64,000 nucleotides of DNA, from the NCBI GenBank assembly GCA_965140585.1, contig OZ223264.1, positions 448,001 through 512,000 of the forward strand, in the 5' to 3' direction. Under the pieces are notes generated by a model. It saw only the letters and a list, made by a program, of their open reading frames with translations, searched no databases and had not been told where the DNA came from. Positions 1-9,498 of this stretch are shown here, one piece after another. The translations under genes were made by a program, and so were the position numbers. This DNA comes from Spirochaetia bacterium. Its GTDB lineage: Bacteria; Spirochaetota; Spirochaetia; UBA9216. Within the stretch, counting starts at the first letter, position 1. Each line of letters starts with the position of its first letter.

Positions 1-276
1 GAATACGTATCAGGCTATATCGGACATGGTAGTTCTGTTGATGATATCAAAACTTTCAGAAAGAAGATTCCGCAGAATCAGCTGCTGCTTATGCCGGGAG
101 TACAGCTTCAGCAGGGCGGCGATAAGCTGGGGCAGCAGTACCTTTCAGTTGAGGACGCGATGGCAGGTGGAGCGGACTGCATCATAGTGGGCCGCGGAAT
201 CATCGCGGCGGAAGATCCTGCGGCAACAGCGGAAATATACAGAGAAAGAGCCTGGAAGGCTTTTAAAGCAAAATAA
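1..276 (+). CDS. pyrF: Orotidine-5'-phosphate decarboxylase, 3' part (truncated by window edge)
   Basis: Frame +1 is open from base 1; motifs MPGV, GDKLGQQY and IIVGRGI; lies directly upstream of pyrB-pyrI. Confidence 0.9.
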   Translation, partial: EYVSGYIGHGSSVDDIKTFRKKIPQNQLLLMPGVQLQQGGDKLGQQYLSVEDAMAGGADCIIVGRGIIAAEDPAATAEIYRERAWKAFKAK

Positions 277-295
277 ATTATAGGGAGGAGAGCAC

Positions 296-1228
296 GTGAC
301 TGATAAGTTTAGTCAGAGGCACATTATTTCAATGAAGGACCTCAGCAGAGAGGATCTGCTTTACCTTGTTGAAACTGCGGGGTTGATTGAGACAGGCCGG
401 CTCAAGCCGGATATGGGCGGAAAGATAGCAGCACTGCTTTTCTTCGAGCCTTCAACAAGGACCTGCTTTTCATTTGAATCAGCGATGAAGAGACTCGGCG
501 GGGAAACTCTGCTGATGAAGGGAACCGGCGGTACGTCGGTACAGAAGGGTGAAAGCTTTGCCGACACACTGAAAACCATCGAGCGCTACTGCGATATCAT
601 GGTTATAAGATCCGCTATTGAAGGTGCGGCAAGATATGCGTCAGAGATTATAGGCCTGCCCATAGTCAATGCCGGTGACGGTGCAAATCAGCATCCTACC
701 CAGGCCCTGCTTGATATGTATTCAATCAAGAAGACCCAGGGAACGCTCGAGGGGCTTAAAATAGGCCTGATGGGTGACCTGCGATTCGGCAGGACGGTTC
801 ACTCGCTTGCCCAGGCACTGGTCCCTTTCAGGCCGGAGTTTTACTTTATATCACCGCCGCACCTTCATATGCCCGACCATATTAAAACCGGGCTGACCGA
901 CCTCGGAATCGGATACACCGAACTTGCAACAGTCGATGAAGTTGTCCCGGAACTGGATATCATGTATGTAACAAGGATTCAGAAGGAAAGGTTTGCCGAC
1001 CCCGAGGAATATGAAAAACTCAAAGGCTCATATATAGTCAACAATAATACAATCCGGGGAGCAAAGGATAATATGAAGATTCTTCATCCGCTTCCAAGAG
1101 TTGATGAAATAGCGACCGAGGTTGACAGCTCGCCCCACGCCTACTACTTTCAGCAGGCCGAGAACGGCGTATATATGCGCCAGGCGATTCTCTCAACACT
1201 TACCGGAATGGCAGGAGGTGCGGCATGA
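296..1228 (+). CDS. pyrB: Aspartate carbamoyltransferase catalytic subunit
   Basis: FFEPSTRT, HPTQ, RIQKERF and HPLPR motifs; GGAGG SD before the GTG start. Confidence 0.97.
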   Translation: MTDKFSQRHIISMKDLSREDLLYLVETAGLIETGRLKPDMGGKIAALLFFEPSTRTCFSFESAMKRLGGETLLMKGTGGTSVQKGESFADTLKTIERYCDIMVIRSAIEGAARYASEIIGLPIVNAGDGANQHPTQALLDMYSIKKTQGTLEGLKIGLMGDLRFGRTVHSLAQALVPFRPEFYFISPPHLHMPDHIKTGLTDLGIGYTELATVDEVVPELDIMYVTRIQKERFADPEEYEKLKGSYIVNNNTIRGAKDNMKILHPLPRVDEIATEVDSSPHAYYFQQAENGVYMRQAILSTLTGMAGGAA

Positions 1229-1689
1229 AACAGATGAAAGTTGATGCCATCAAAGACGGAACTGTAATCGACCATATTCCCGGCGGAAAAGCTCTTCTTG
1301 TTCTCAAGATTCTCAACGGTGGAGGTAAAGATCTTGTCAGTGTGGGAATGAATCTTTCAAGTCCCAAGCTTGGCAGAAAGGATATCGTAAAGATTGAGAA
1401 TCATGAGCTTACAGCTGATGATGTAAATAGGATTGCCCTGGTTGCGCCCACAGCCACCATCACCATCATCAGGAATTACGAAACTCAGGACAAGTGGAAG
1501 GTTGAGCTTCCCGGGGTACTTGAAAATATTGCCCATTGTCCCAATTCCAACTGTATTACTAATGTTGAAAAGCTGAAGAGCCGGTTTGACAAAACAAAAA
1601 ACAATTCAGACTACATGTGTCATTATTGTGAGAAGATTTATGACGCAGACGAGCTAAGAATTAAAATATCGAAGGAATTCCCGCTTTAG
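1225..1689 (+). CDS. pyrI: Aspartate carbamoyltransferase regulatory subunit
   Basis: GTVIDHI motif, CPNSNC...CHYC zinc ligands, ATGA overlap with pyrB. Confidence 0.96.
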   Translation: MKQMKVDAIKDGTVIDHIPGGKALLVLKILNGGGKDLVSVGMNLSSPKLGRKDIVKIENHELTADDVNRIALVAPTATITIIRNYETQDKWKVELPGVLENIAHCPNSNCITNVEKLKSRFDKTKNNSDYMCHYCEKIYDADELRIKISKEFPL

Positions 1690-1696
1690 GGCGGGA
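1679..1696. terminator. Hairpin between convergent genes
   Basis: TCCCGCT-TTAG-GGCGGGA inverted repeat spanning the pyrI stop; no clear U-tract. Confidence 0.35.
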
Positions 1697-1697
1697 T

Positions 1698-2360
1698 CTA
1701 TTTAATAAAATATTCTTTCGGCACTTCCCATGCCCGGCCGAATACGCGCAGCAGATGGCTGGAGAGATACCGGCCTTCCGGGTCAGGGGGGGACCCCTTC
1801 ATCCGCATAGGAGAGTTAAGCCTTGTATTATCCGGTTTCTGAAGGTTCATACTCTCATAGACTATCCCTTTTCGGTAATTTTCGTGGATATATGTAATAT
1901 TTCCTTTGCTGTCGATATCGACAACCATGCCTACATGGGTGAAGTAATCATTGAATTTTCCGTCTTCATTACGATCGTAGGTATTATCCCAGAAAATCAG
2001 GTCGCCGGGAGAGGGCGTTTTGCTGGTGTGGATAAGACTGTTGTCGCGAAGAAACTGGTATATCCGTCTGACTCCGTTACCTTCATAGAGCGCATAGCTT
2101 TTTTCAAGATCAATTCCGGCATGGTAATAAATGGCGAGCACGGTTCCGGAGCAGTCCATGTTGAAATGTCTTCCGTCGATATCCAGGCTTTCTTTACCAA
2201 GCATATATTCAGCGGAAGCCTGAAGTTTTTTCTGGATTTCTGTTTCAGTCCGGACGGTTCCGGTTCCATTCAGGAAACCGCCCTCATTTGATGATGTTGT
2301 TGCACATGAAAAGGCGGCTGCTGTAAATATTAAAAGTATAAGTATATTAAGTCTTTGCAT
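1698..2360 (-). CDS. NlpC/P60 (CHAP-like) cell-wall peptidase lipoprotein
   Basis: Lipobox AFS-C, catalytic DCSG, PGDLIFW and HVG. Confidence 0.85.
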   Translation of the reverse strand: MQRLNILILLIFTAAAFSCATTSSNEGGFLNGTGTVRTETEIQKKLQASAEYMLGKESLDIDGRHFNMDCSGTVLAIYYHAGIDLEKSYALYEGNGVRRIYQFLRDNSLIHTSKTPSPGDLIFWDNTYDRNEDGKFNDYFTHVGMVVDIDSKGNITYIHENYRKGIVYESMNLQKPDNTRLNSPMRMKGSPPDPEGRYLSSHLLRVFGRAWEVPKEYFIK

Positions 2361-2929
2361 TACATCCAGTTGATCTGGATTTTTATGAAGACAAGCTCAA
2401 GTTCTTTTCTGATGTCGGCAGGAAAATCCAGATACAAAGCTTCCTCTATTATATCCCTTGCTTCTTCATATTTCTTCTGGTTGAGATAAGAATATGTAAG
2501 TGCATACAATGTCCGGTAATCATAGGGGTTGAGATCATATGATTTCATTATATAGTCATGCGATTCTTCAACCTTGTTCTGAATTCCGTAGAGAACACCA
2601 ATGTTTCTCATAATTGACGGACTTTCCGGTGAGAGACGTTCAGCCCTTTGAAGGTATTCTTCGGCTCTGAGCAGATCTCCCTTTTTAAACCAGGCACAGC
2701 CCAGTGCTTCCCAGGCTTCCGGGGTTTCAGTGTTCTTTTTGATGTAGTAATCAAGAGTTCTGATCGCTTCATCATTTTCACCGCTTTCCGTGAGGACTAT
2801 TCCCATGTAACATATGGCACGATCGTTATCCGGCTCTTCCAGCAGTATTGTTGACAGTATTTTTCTGGCTTCTCTCAGGTAGCCTGTAAGTATTAAGTTC
2901 TCAGCAATATCAATCGCGTTTGCATTCAT
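2360..2929 (-). CDS. Tetratricopeptide-repeat protein
   Basis: Repeated ~34-aa TPR pattern (AWEALG, IMRNIG, LNP); 1-nt overlap with the NlpC/P60 gene. Confidence 0.85.
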   Translation of the reverse strand: MNANAIDIAENLILTGYLREARKILSTILLEEPDNDRAICYMGIVLTESGENDEAIRTLDYYIKKNTETPEAWEALGCAWFKKGDLLRAEEYLQRAERLSPESPSIMRNIGVLYGIQNKVEESHDYIMKSYDLNPYDYRTLYALTYSYLNQKKYEEARDIIEEALYLDFPADIRKELELVFIKIQINWM

Positions 2930-3035
2930 TGAAACCTCTCCAAAGATTGACCCCTCGGTTTAATTTCGGCTTCAACATTTATAATATTGATACTGAAAAT
3001 TTCAAAGAGATGAGAAAATGTGGGAATTTCAGCAT

Positions 3036-3644
3036 TCAGGCTTTGTGATAGTTGAGACCTGTGAGATATGTCTCAAAAGATTCCTTTCTGCAGGCTTTTG
3101 GTTTGAATATTTTAACTGTTTCAAAATCCGGGGACAGCATTTCTGCCAGGGCTTTTTCATCGCCGCCCTGGAATATTTTTATAGTAAAATTTCCGCCTTC
3201 GGTCAGAAATACCGGAATCATCCCTATTATCCCTTCGGCAAGGCTGTATGAACGGCCTGCGTCAACTGTACGGTTTCCTGTTGTTGACGGGGCTGCATCA
3301 CTTATCACCGCGTCATAGGGTCCCTTTTCGCCGATTTCAGCCTGAATTTTTTCATCAAAAAAGTCTCCCTGCCAGAAAAAAAGCCTCTTATCCGGTTTAA
3401 TTGTCAGTTCTTTTAAGTCCACCGCGGCAACTATTGAATCAGGTCCGGTTTTACGCAGGCAGTAAAGGCTCCAGCTTCCCGGAGCAGCACCAACATCGAG
3501 AATACGGCTGTTTTTTCTGAAGATTCCGAACTTCTGGTTCAGTTCTTCGAGCTTGAAGATTGACCGTGCGGGGTATCCGTCCTTCTTTGCCCTGATCGTG
3601 TAATGATCGGCTTCACTTCTTTTTCCGCCTTTCTGCTTTGACAT
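3036..3644 (-). CDS. rlmE: 23S rRNA Um2552 2'-O-methyltransferase
   Basis: GYPARSIFKL, LDVGAAPGSW, SDAAP and KPKACRKESFE motifs. Confidence 0.95.
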   Translation of the reverse strand: MSKQKGGKRSEADHYTIRAKKDGYPARSIFKLEELNQKFGIFRKNSRILDVGAAPGSWSLYCLRKTGPDSIVAAVDLKELTIKPDKRLFFWQGDFFDEKIQAEIGEKGPYDAVISDAAPSTTGNRTVDAGRSYSLAEGIIGMIPVFLTEGGNFTIKIFQGGDEKALAEMLSPDFETVKIFKPKACRKESFETYLTGLNYHKA

Positions 3645-3681
3645 ATTGACGTAACTCCCATGTTTGTGCTTTCTAGTATAT

Positions 3682-4725
3682 ATGGATAAACATTATATGG
3701 AATTACTGGAGAAGGTAGAAGGGGTGATCTCCCGATCTGTTCCTGCTGTGACAGATAAGGGCTGGTTATCACGGACTGCCGGACCGGTTAGAAATAAGAT
3801 AACTGAAACTTCTGTAGATAAAATTAATGAACCTGCACTTGAACTTCTTGGTCGCGGGGGCAAACGCTGGAGGCCTGTTCTGATGGTTCTCTGCTGCGAA
3901 CTTGCCGGCGGTGATGCCGAGAGCATAATGCCGCTCTGTCCCCTCGTAGAGTTTCCTCACAACGGCTCTCTTATCATAGATGATATCGAAGACAAGTCGG
4001 ATATGCGCAGAGGCGAGCCTGCCGTACATAAGATTTACGGTGAGGACATGTCTATAAACACAGGCAACCTTCTTTATTTTCTTCCGACCTACCTGATTGA
4101 CGAGAGCGATCTGGATGATGAAATGAAGCTGAGGTTGTACCGCTACTATACTCTTAACCTAAGAAGGCTTCATTTCGGCCAGGGGCTGGATATCCAGTGG
4201 CATAATAACCATGAATACTTCCCTAGTGTTGAAGAATATCTTCAGATGTGCCGCTTTAAAACCGGTGCACTCTCCAGAATGGCTGCCCAGATCGGCTTTG
4301 CCGTGGGAGGAACCGATCCCAATACCTGTGTAACCCTGGGCGATGTATTTGAAGATGCCGGTGTTGCCTTCCAGATTATCGATGATGTTACAAATCTTAC
4401 AACCGGCAACCCCGGAAAAGATCGGGGCGATGACATTGTAGAAGGTAAGAAGAGCCTTCCGGTCATCCTTCATGCGATGGCCTATCCAGATTCACTGCCC
4501 CAGCTTGTTTCTCTGTTTGATAAGGCCGCGGAGCTTGGTGCAGAAAACGGCCGCGAGGCAATTGAAGAGGCTATCGCGCTGATAGAATCATCAGGCAGCA
4601 TTGAAAGGGCCAGAAACCGGGCTTTTGAAATGATTAGAGGCACAAAGGGATTGATTGAAAAATCTTTTCAGAGTTCCGCAGCGCTTGATGCAGTTTCTGA
4701 TATGCTCAGTATGTTTTTACCATAA
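3682..4725 (+). CDS. Polyprenyl diphosphate synthase (GGPP-synthase-like)
   Basis: GGKRWRP, FARM DDIED..RRG, GQGLD, KT and SARM FQIIDD; ATG at 3682 preferred over TTG at 3664. Confidence 0.9.
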   Translation: MDKHYMELLEKVEGVISRSVPAVTDKGWLSRTAGPVRNKITETSVDKINEPALELLGRGGKRWRPVLMVLCCELAGGDAESIMPLCPLVEFPHNGSLIIDDIEDKSDMRRGEPAVHKIYGEDMSINTGNLLYFLPTYLIDESDLDDEMKLRLYRYYTLNLRRLHFGQGLDIQWHNNHEYFPSVEEYLQMCRFKTGALSRMAAQIGFAVGGTDPNTCVTLGDVFEDAGVAFQIIDDVTNLTTGNPGKDRGDDIVEGKKSLPVILHAMAYPDSLPQLVSLFDKAAELGAENGREAIEEAIALIESSGSIERARNRAFEMIRGTKGLIEKSFQSSAALDAVSDMLSMFLP

Positions 4726-5448
4726 TCCGAGTTCCTGCATCTGCCTGATTACAACGTCATCCCAGCCCCTGTTTGCGGCTGGGCTGGCAGGACTTGGATG
4801 CAGGATTGAGGCGTGTCTGTAGCGGCCCTCAGCGATTCCATCTTTCAGGGCCGCCATTATCCTTTTTTCAGCAAATTTACCGACGCCGATCACCCATTCC
4901 GGTTCAAGAATACCGCAGATAGCTTTCAGATGCTCATCACAGACTTCGAAGAGGCTGTCGCGCTCATTTGCTGGAAGTTTATCCGGTGTTATGTTTCTGC
5001 TGCTCTCAGCCATGAAGCTCAGGGGGCAGTAGTTTTCAACATAATGATCTTCAAAGAATTTTGCAGGAGTTTCGAACCTGTTTTTCATAAGCCCCCACAG
5101 CCGGCGGCCGCTTACTTCACTTTTGGCGCAGCTGAAGCCCTCGACCGGACGTTTGGGATGTTCAAGAGCTGGTTTTTTCACCTCTGATTCAAGTCCCAGC
5201 CAGTCGCGTGCAGCTTCAATTTCACCGAAGGGTATTCCTGTCTGGGCCATTCCCCATGGGCCGGGATTCATGCCTACAAAAATAACACTCTTTTTATTCC
5301 CTGCGTAGAGACTCAGGTATTTTTCATGCGGTACAGCCGCATATTCAAGCGGGTTGTAGGAGCAGTATACATCTCCTGCAAATCTCAGTTCTCCGGCATC
5401 GCGGCTTAGCTTTCTTGAGGCTTCTATCATTAATTTGCTTTTATTCAT
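4717..5448 (-). CDS. SMUG1-type (family 3) uracil-DNA glycosylase
   Basis: GMNPGPWGMAQTGIPFG and HPSPASP motifs. Confidence 0.93.
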   Translation of the reverse strand: MNKSKLMIEASRKLSRDAGELRFAGDVYCSYNPLEYAAVPHEKYLSLYAGNKKSVIFVGMNPGPWGMAQTGIPFGEIEAARDWLGLESEVKKPALEHPKRPVEGFSCAKSEVSGRRLWGLMKNRFETPAKFFEDHYVENYCPLSFMAESSRNITPDKLPANERDSLFEVCDEHLKAICGILEPEWVIGVGKFAEKRIMAALKDGIAEGRYRHASILHPSPASPAANRGWDDVVIRQMQELGLW

Positions 5449-5887
5449 TGATTATTTCTTTGAGTTCCCTTGTGAGTTCTTCGAGGCGTTCAAGGTTATG
5501 TGAAAATGTGCAGGAAAAAAGCTCCCTCATCAGTCTGTCATTACTGCTTCCGGGCCCTTTATCTGAACGGTAGAATCCGGATATTTTAAGTTCATCACGG
5601 ATTACAGGAAGAAGATACCTTTTGGAAGTAGTAATAATCTCTTCAAGCGCTTCAATTCCGTCCTGAAAGACTTCTTTTTCGGTGTTGAAAACAGACTGGA
5701 TACCAATCATATCATGTACATAGCGCAGGCGGTAGGGGTTGAATGCGTTTTTCTCAAGAAGAGAGGTAAACCAGTAGTTGTCAAAATGCCCCAGAAAAAG
5801 CTCTCTAAGCTCATCAATGGTCTGAGCACAGATATCTGTTTGTGAGGCTACTGCCGCTGTCCCTTCAGTCATATATCGCTGATACAT
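5441..5887 (-). CDS. Hypothetical protein (helical)
   Basis: 148-aa ORF, GAGG SD-like site, overlaps the SMUG1 start. Confidence 0.7.
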   Translation of the reverse strand: MYQRYMTEGTAAVASQTDICAQTIDELRELFLGHFDNYWFTSLLEKNAFNPYRLRYVHDMIGIQSVFNTEKEVFQDGIEALEEIITTSKRYLLPVIRDELKISGFYRSDKGPGSSNDRLMRELFSCTFSHNLERLEELTRELKEIINE

Positions 5888-5970
5888 TACTACCTCTATC
5901 GGCAGGGAGGGGCAGTTTGCAAAGTAATTCTTGTTGAATTGTCGGTTTTGTGATAAAAAATATAGTGATT

Positions 5971-6051
5971 GCTTCTCCGGAAAGTTTTTCTACCCATTAT
6001 TCCGGGATGAGGCTCCCGGAGGCATCGTTGATGCCCTCCGGTTTTTATTTT
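5971..6051 (+). ncRNA. Candidate small RNA (two hairpins, second is an intrinsic terminator)
   Basis: TTGTCG-16-TATAGT at 5939-5966; stem-loop 5971-6013; CCGGAGGCATC-gtt-GATGCCCTCCGG followed by TTTTTATTTT; both flanking genes are on the opposite strand. Confidence 0.45.
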
Positions 6052-6084
6052 ATTAAGTCAGCCTTCTGCAGCAGAGTGTATCAT

Positions 6085-7170
6085 CTACTCTGTCGGGTCT
6101 GTTTCCTGCCTTATTTTTGCATATCCGGGTTTAAGCACATCATAGATAACTTTAAGACGATCATCATAATGTGCAAATGCCGACTTCATGGCGTTAAGGG
6201 TAATTCTCTCAAAGTCCCGTATTGTGAGGTTGTAGTACTCCGAGGCAAGTGAAAACTCTTTTACCAGGTCTGTGTTGCTCATCAGCGGATTGTCGGTACA
6301 GAGGGTTACTCTGAAGTTATTCCGGTAATAAACATGAAATGGATGTTCATCTAGTGAGGGTGCAGCGCCTGTCTGAATATTTGAAGACAGACACATTTCA
6401 AGCGGAATTCTCTTGTCCCGTACAAAATCGGCTATTGAACCGAGCTTTTCAATTCTTGTTCCATGAACAACCATGTCTTCAAGAAGTTTGGTTGCGTGGC
6501 CAATGCGGTGGGCTCCGCATATCTGTAGTGCCTGCCAGATTGATTCTATTCCGAATGCCTCACCGGCATGAATTGTGATATTGAAGTTCTTATTGCGGAT
6601 ATACTGAAAGGCATCAAGATGCCTCTTGGGCGGATGGCCGAACTCATCTCCGGCTATATCAAATCCTACAACTCCCCTGTTTCTGTATGCAACTGCAAGC
6701 TCAGCCATTTCAAGTGATACCGGGGAGGGCTGATGTCTCATTGCACAGATTATCAGTCCGTATGCCGTACCTGTTGACTGCTTACCTTCCTCAAGCCCGA
6801 TCAGAACTGACTCTACAATCTCTTCCAGGTTGAGCCCCTGCTCAGTGTGAAGAATAGGGGCAAATCTGATCTCAGCATACTTAACGTTGATTGATGCTAA
6901 ATCTTCTATTGTTTCACGGGCAATTCTTATAAGGGCTTCTTTAGTCTGCATTACTGAGCAGCTGACTGCAAAACCCTCAAGGTAGAGAGCCAGACTTTTA
7001 CGGTCTGCTCCGCGGTGAAACCAGTCTGCAAGTTCATTTGTATCATGAGACGGAATTTCAATATTCTGTTTTTCAGCCAGGTCGATGATTGTCGCCGGCC
7101 GGACACCACCGTCAAGGTGGTGATGAAGCTCCACCTTCGGAAGCTTTTTTATCATTTCATTTGTAACCAT
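6085..7170 (-). CDS. add: Adenosine deaminase
   Basis: PKVELHHHLDG, HAGE, RIGH and TDNP motifs. Confidence 0.93.
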   Translation of the reverse strand: MVTNEMIKKLPKVELHHHLDGGVRPATIIDLAEKQNIEIPSHDTNELADWFHRGADRKSLALYLEGFAVSCSVMQTKEALIRIARETIEDLASINVKYAEIRFAPILHTEQGLNLEEIVESVLIGLEEGKQSTGTAYGLIICAMRHQPSPVSLEMAELAVAYRNRGVVGFDIAGDEFGHPPKRHLDAFQYIRNKNFNITIHAGEAFGIESIWQALQICGAHRIGHATKLLEDMVVHGTRIEKLGSIADFVRDKRIPLEMCLSSNIQTGAAPSLDEHPFHVYYRNNFRVTLCTDNPLMSNTDLVKEFSLASEYYNLTIRDFERITLNAMKSAFAHYDDRLKVIYDVLKPGYAKIRQETDPTE

Positions 7171-7176
7171 ACATAT

Positions 7177-7205
7177 ATGTTACTGATGAGCGGCGGATAT
7201 TGCAA
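7177..7205 (-). promoter_or_regulatory. Sigma70-like promoter, leaderless spacing, for add
   Basis: TTGCAA-17-TAACAT-6-ATG. Confidence 0.55.
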
Positions 7206-8940
7206 ATGTGTTTTTGATCATTTGGATGAATTTATCACTAAGCATCGGATCAAAATCTTTTCCCCTGCGATCCTGAATGAAAACAAGAGCTTCTTCCTCA
7301 GTCATGTTGCTTCGGTACGGACGTTTGGATGTAAGCGCATCATATACATCGGCCAGCGCTATAATTCGTGCAAAAACGGGAATATTTATGTTTTTAAGGC
7401 CTTCAGGATAGCCGCTGCCGTCCCATCTTTCATGATGATATCTGACTCCCTCGCAAATGTCTGAAAAATGAGGAATGCTGCCGGTAATGCTGTATCCGAT
7501 CTCTGTATGTTTTTTTATTAGTCTGAATTCTGCGGCATCAAGTTTTGACGGTTTATCCAGGATCTCTTCGGGAATACCGATCTTTCCTATGTCATGCAGA
7601 ACGGCTGAAATAATCAGCCGTTCAAGCATTGATTCGTCGAAATTTAGCTTTTTAGCCAGCTGCTCACTCAATCTTGCAACTCGTTCGCTGTGTCCTGCAG
7701 TCCATTTTGACTTTGCGTCAATTGCCCGTGAAAGCGCCATTATCGATCCCATCTGCATCTGGTTTCTTTCTTCAATTTCTGTAACTCTCTGAAGCGCAAC
7801 AGCAGCCTGATCGCCAAGTTTTTTTAAGGTCAGCTTTTCTTCATCAGACAAACCTGAATTCTCTTTTCCGGTTACAAGAAGTGATCCATAATATTTCCCC
7901 TGCATGTACAGCTGGATCCGGTAGGGCTCTTCTGTGCCGAAAATATTTTCTGTCTCAGGAGACCTCAATCCTGACCTGCTGATTTTGCTGTGACCTGCTT
8001 CTGATTTTATTTTATAAGTCGAATCTTCATCATTATAAACTGCAATAGCGACTCTGCTTCCCGGAACATAATCTGAAATTATTTCTGTAACTCTCTGAAT
8101 CAGTTCATCTATGGTTACCGCTCCCAGTACTGCTTTGTCTATACTGTTCATAAGCTCCATGGCATGATGGCGGGATGATGATTCCCGGTAGGTTTCGTCC
8201 AGAATCCGGGATAATACGCCGATTTCGTCATTTCTTGACAGTTCACCGCTGATACGATTATTTCCGTTCTGAAATTCCAGAGCCTTTTCCGCCAGGGTGT
8301 ATATAGGTTTTGTAATTCTTCTGGCAAAAACTATACCCAGAATGTATGAAAAAATCAGGAGGCTTAAACCGAATATTATCAGGTCGGGACGTTTTTCAGA
8401 AAGGTAATGGATAATACTTTTTTTTTCTATTGTTACAGAGTAGATAGCATTTATCTCTGATTCAGGTGCATTTATATATGCCGTTACTGTATCTTTTCTT
8501 TTGAAAAACTGAAAATCCGTAATCTTTATTCCTTTATTCAGAACCTGATTAAGAAAACGGTCTGAAGCGATGAAACTGTCCATGATGCCCGAATTATAGA
8601 TATTATGCATCTGCCAGTGAGTATCAGTGAAATTTTTAAAATAAAGTCTGAAACTGAATGGCTCAGGAAAATCTATGTACTCGGAATTTAAGAGAACCTC
8701 CAGATCCTGCTTCAGTTTCAGTCTGGACTCTTCGGGATCTGAGTCGATGTAGTAAAGTTCTATCTTCACTGCGATGTGCCTGCTGATATCTGTAAGCTGC
8801 TGTCTTGTGGATATCATTGCTGAAAAATAAAATGAAATTATTCCTACAATTAGTCCGAATATTACAAAATTAATGGTAAATTTATATTTGAGAGAGAACT
8901 TGGGTTTGGTGAATAAGTTCTCATGTTTAGTAAATTTCAT
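7180..8940 (-). CDS. Membrane HAMP-GAF-HD-GYP phosphodiesterase
   Basis: Two TM segments, HAMP (RNDEIG), GAF-like region, HDIGK...HHERWDGSGYP. Confidence 0.9.
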   Translation of the reverse strand: MKFTKHENLFTKPKFSLKYKFTINFVIFGLIVGIISFYFSAMISTRQQLTDISRHIAVKIELYYIDSDPEESRLKLKQDLEVLLNSEYIDFPEPFSFRLYFKNFTDTHWQMHNIYNSGIMDSFIASDRFLNQVLNKGIKITDFQFFKRKDTVTAYINAPESEINAIYSVTIEKKSIIHYLSEKRPDLIIFGLSLLIFSYILGIVFARRITKPIYTLAEKALEFQNGNNRISGELSRNDEIGVLSRILDETYRESSSRHHAMELMNSIDKAVLGAVTIDELIQRVTEIISDYVPGSRVAIAVYNDEDSTYKIKSEAGHSKISRSGLRSPETENIFGTEEPYRIQLYMQGKYYGSLLVTGKENSGLSDEEKLTLKKLGDQAAVALQRVTEIEERNQMQMGSIMALSRAIDAKSKWTAGHSERVARLSEQLAKKLNFDESMLERLIISAVLHDIGKIGIPEEILDKPSKLDAAEFRLIKKHTEIGYSITGSIPHFSDICEGVRYHHERWDGSGYPEGLKNINIPVFARIIALADVYDALTSKRPYRSNMTEEEALVFIQDRRGKDFDPMLSDKFIQMIKNTFAISAAHQ

Positions 8941-8986
8941 AAAGATAAATTATTACTTTTTTACTTATCTATCAATCTGCTGAATG

Positions 8987-9415
8987 TTAATTATTGTTAA
9001 TTCTTGTTCTTCCCTTATAGCACTCGGTGCATCCAAGAACATGCACATGTGTTTTCCCGGGTTTCTCGAATACCCTGGCAATCAGGAAGCTGTCAGACGG
9101 CATTTTTTTACGGCATACGGGGCATGTGCGGCTTTTTTCTGAATCCGGGAAACGGCAGTGAGGACAGCCGAAGATTTCCATCAGGCTGTCAGGTTTTCCC
9201 GGATATAAAACAGAATGAACTTTTTCCGACTTAGTCAGCAGTTCTCCGCAGAGCGGGCAGGGTTTTACCCGTTTTTCTCCATCGTTTTTGCTGCCCGAAG
9301 CTTTTTTTTGAACAGTTTCGGTGTTTTTTAGGTTGGACAGAAACCAGATTAACAGGAGAAAAATAATAAAAAGTACGAGAAGCACTGCAATTGTAATCAG
9401 GTTGTCGTTATTCAT
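8987..9415 (-). CDS. Membrane-anchored protein with four CxxC motifs (double zinc-ribbon-like)
   Basis: N-terminal TM helix; CPLC, CPHC, CPVC and CTEC. Confidence 0.8.
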   Translation of the reverse strand: MNNDNLITIAVLLVLFIIFLLLIWFLSNLKNTETVQKKASGSKNDGEKRVKPCPLCGELLTKSEKVHSVLYPGKPDSLMEIFGCPHCRFPDSEKSRTCPVCRKKMPSDSFLIARVFEKPGKTHVHVLGCTECYKGRTRINNN

Positions 9416-9422
9416 CCTTAAC

Positions 9423-9450
9423 TTATCGGTATTGAATCGACTGCTGTTGA
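9423..9450 (-). promoter_or_regulatory. Putative sigma28-type promoter
   Basis: TCAA-N16-ACCGATAA just upstream of the CxxC gene. Confidence 0.45.
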
Positions 9451-9498
9451 CAATTGTTTAAAGCGATGTGAACATAGAAAAAAATACGAGGGGATAAA

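Noticed and set aside
5950-6252. 100-aa plus-strand ORF
   Set aside because: No SD, runs through a terminator and lies antisense to add
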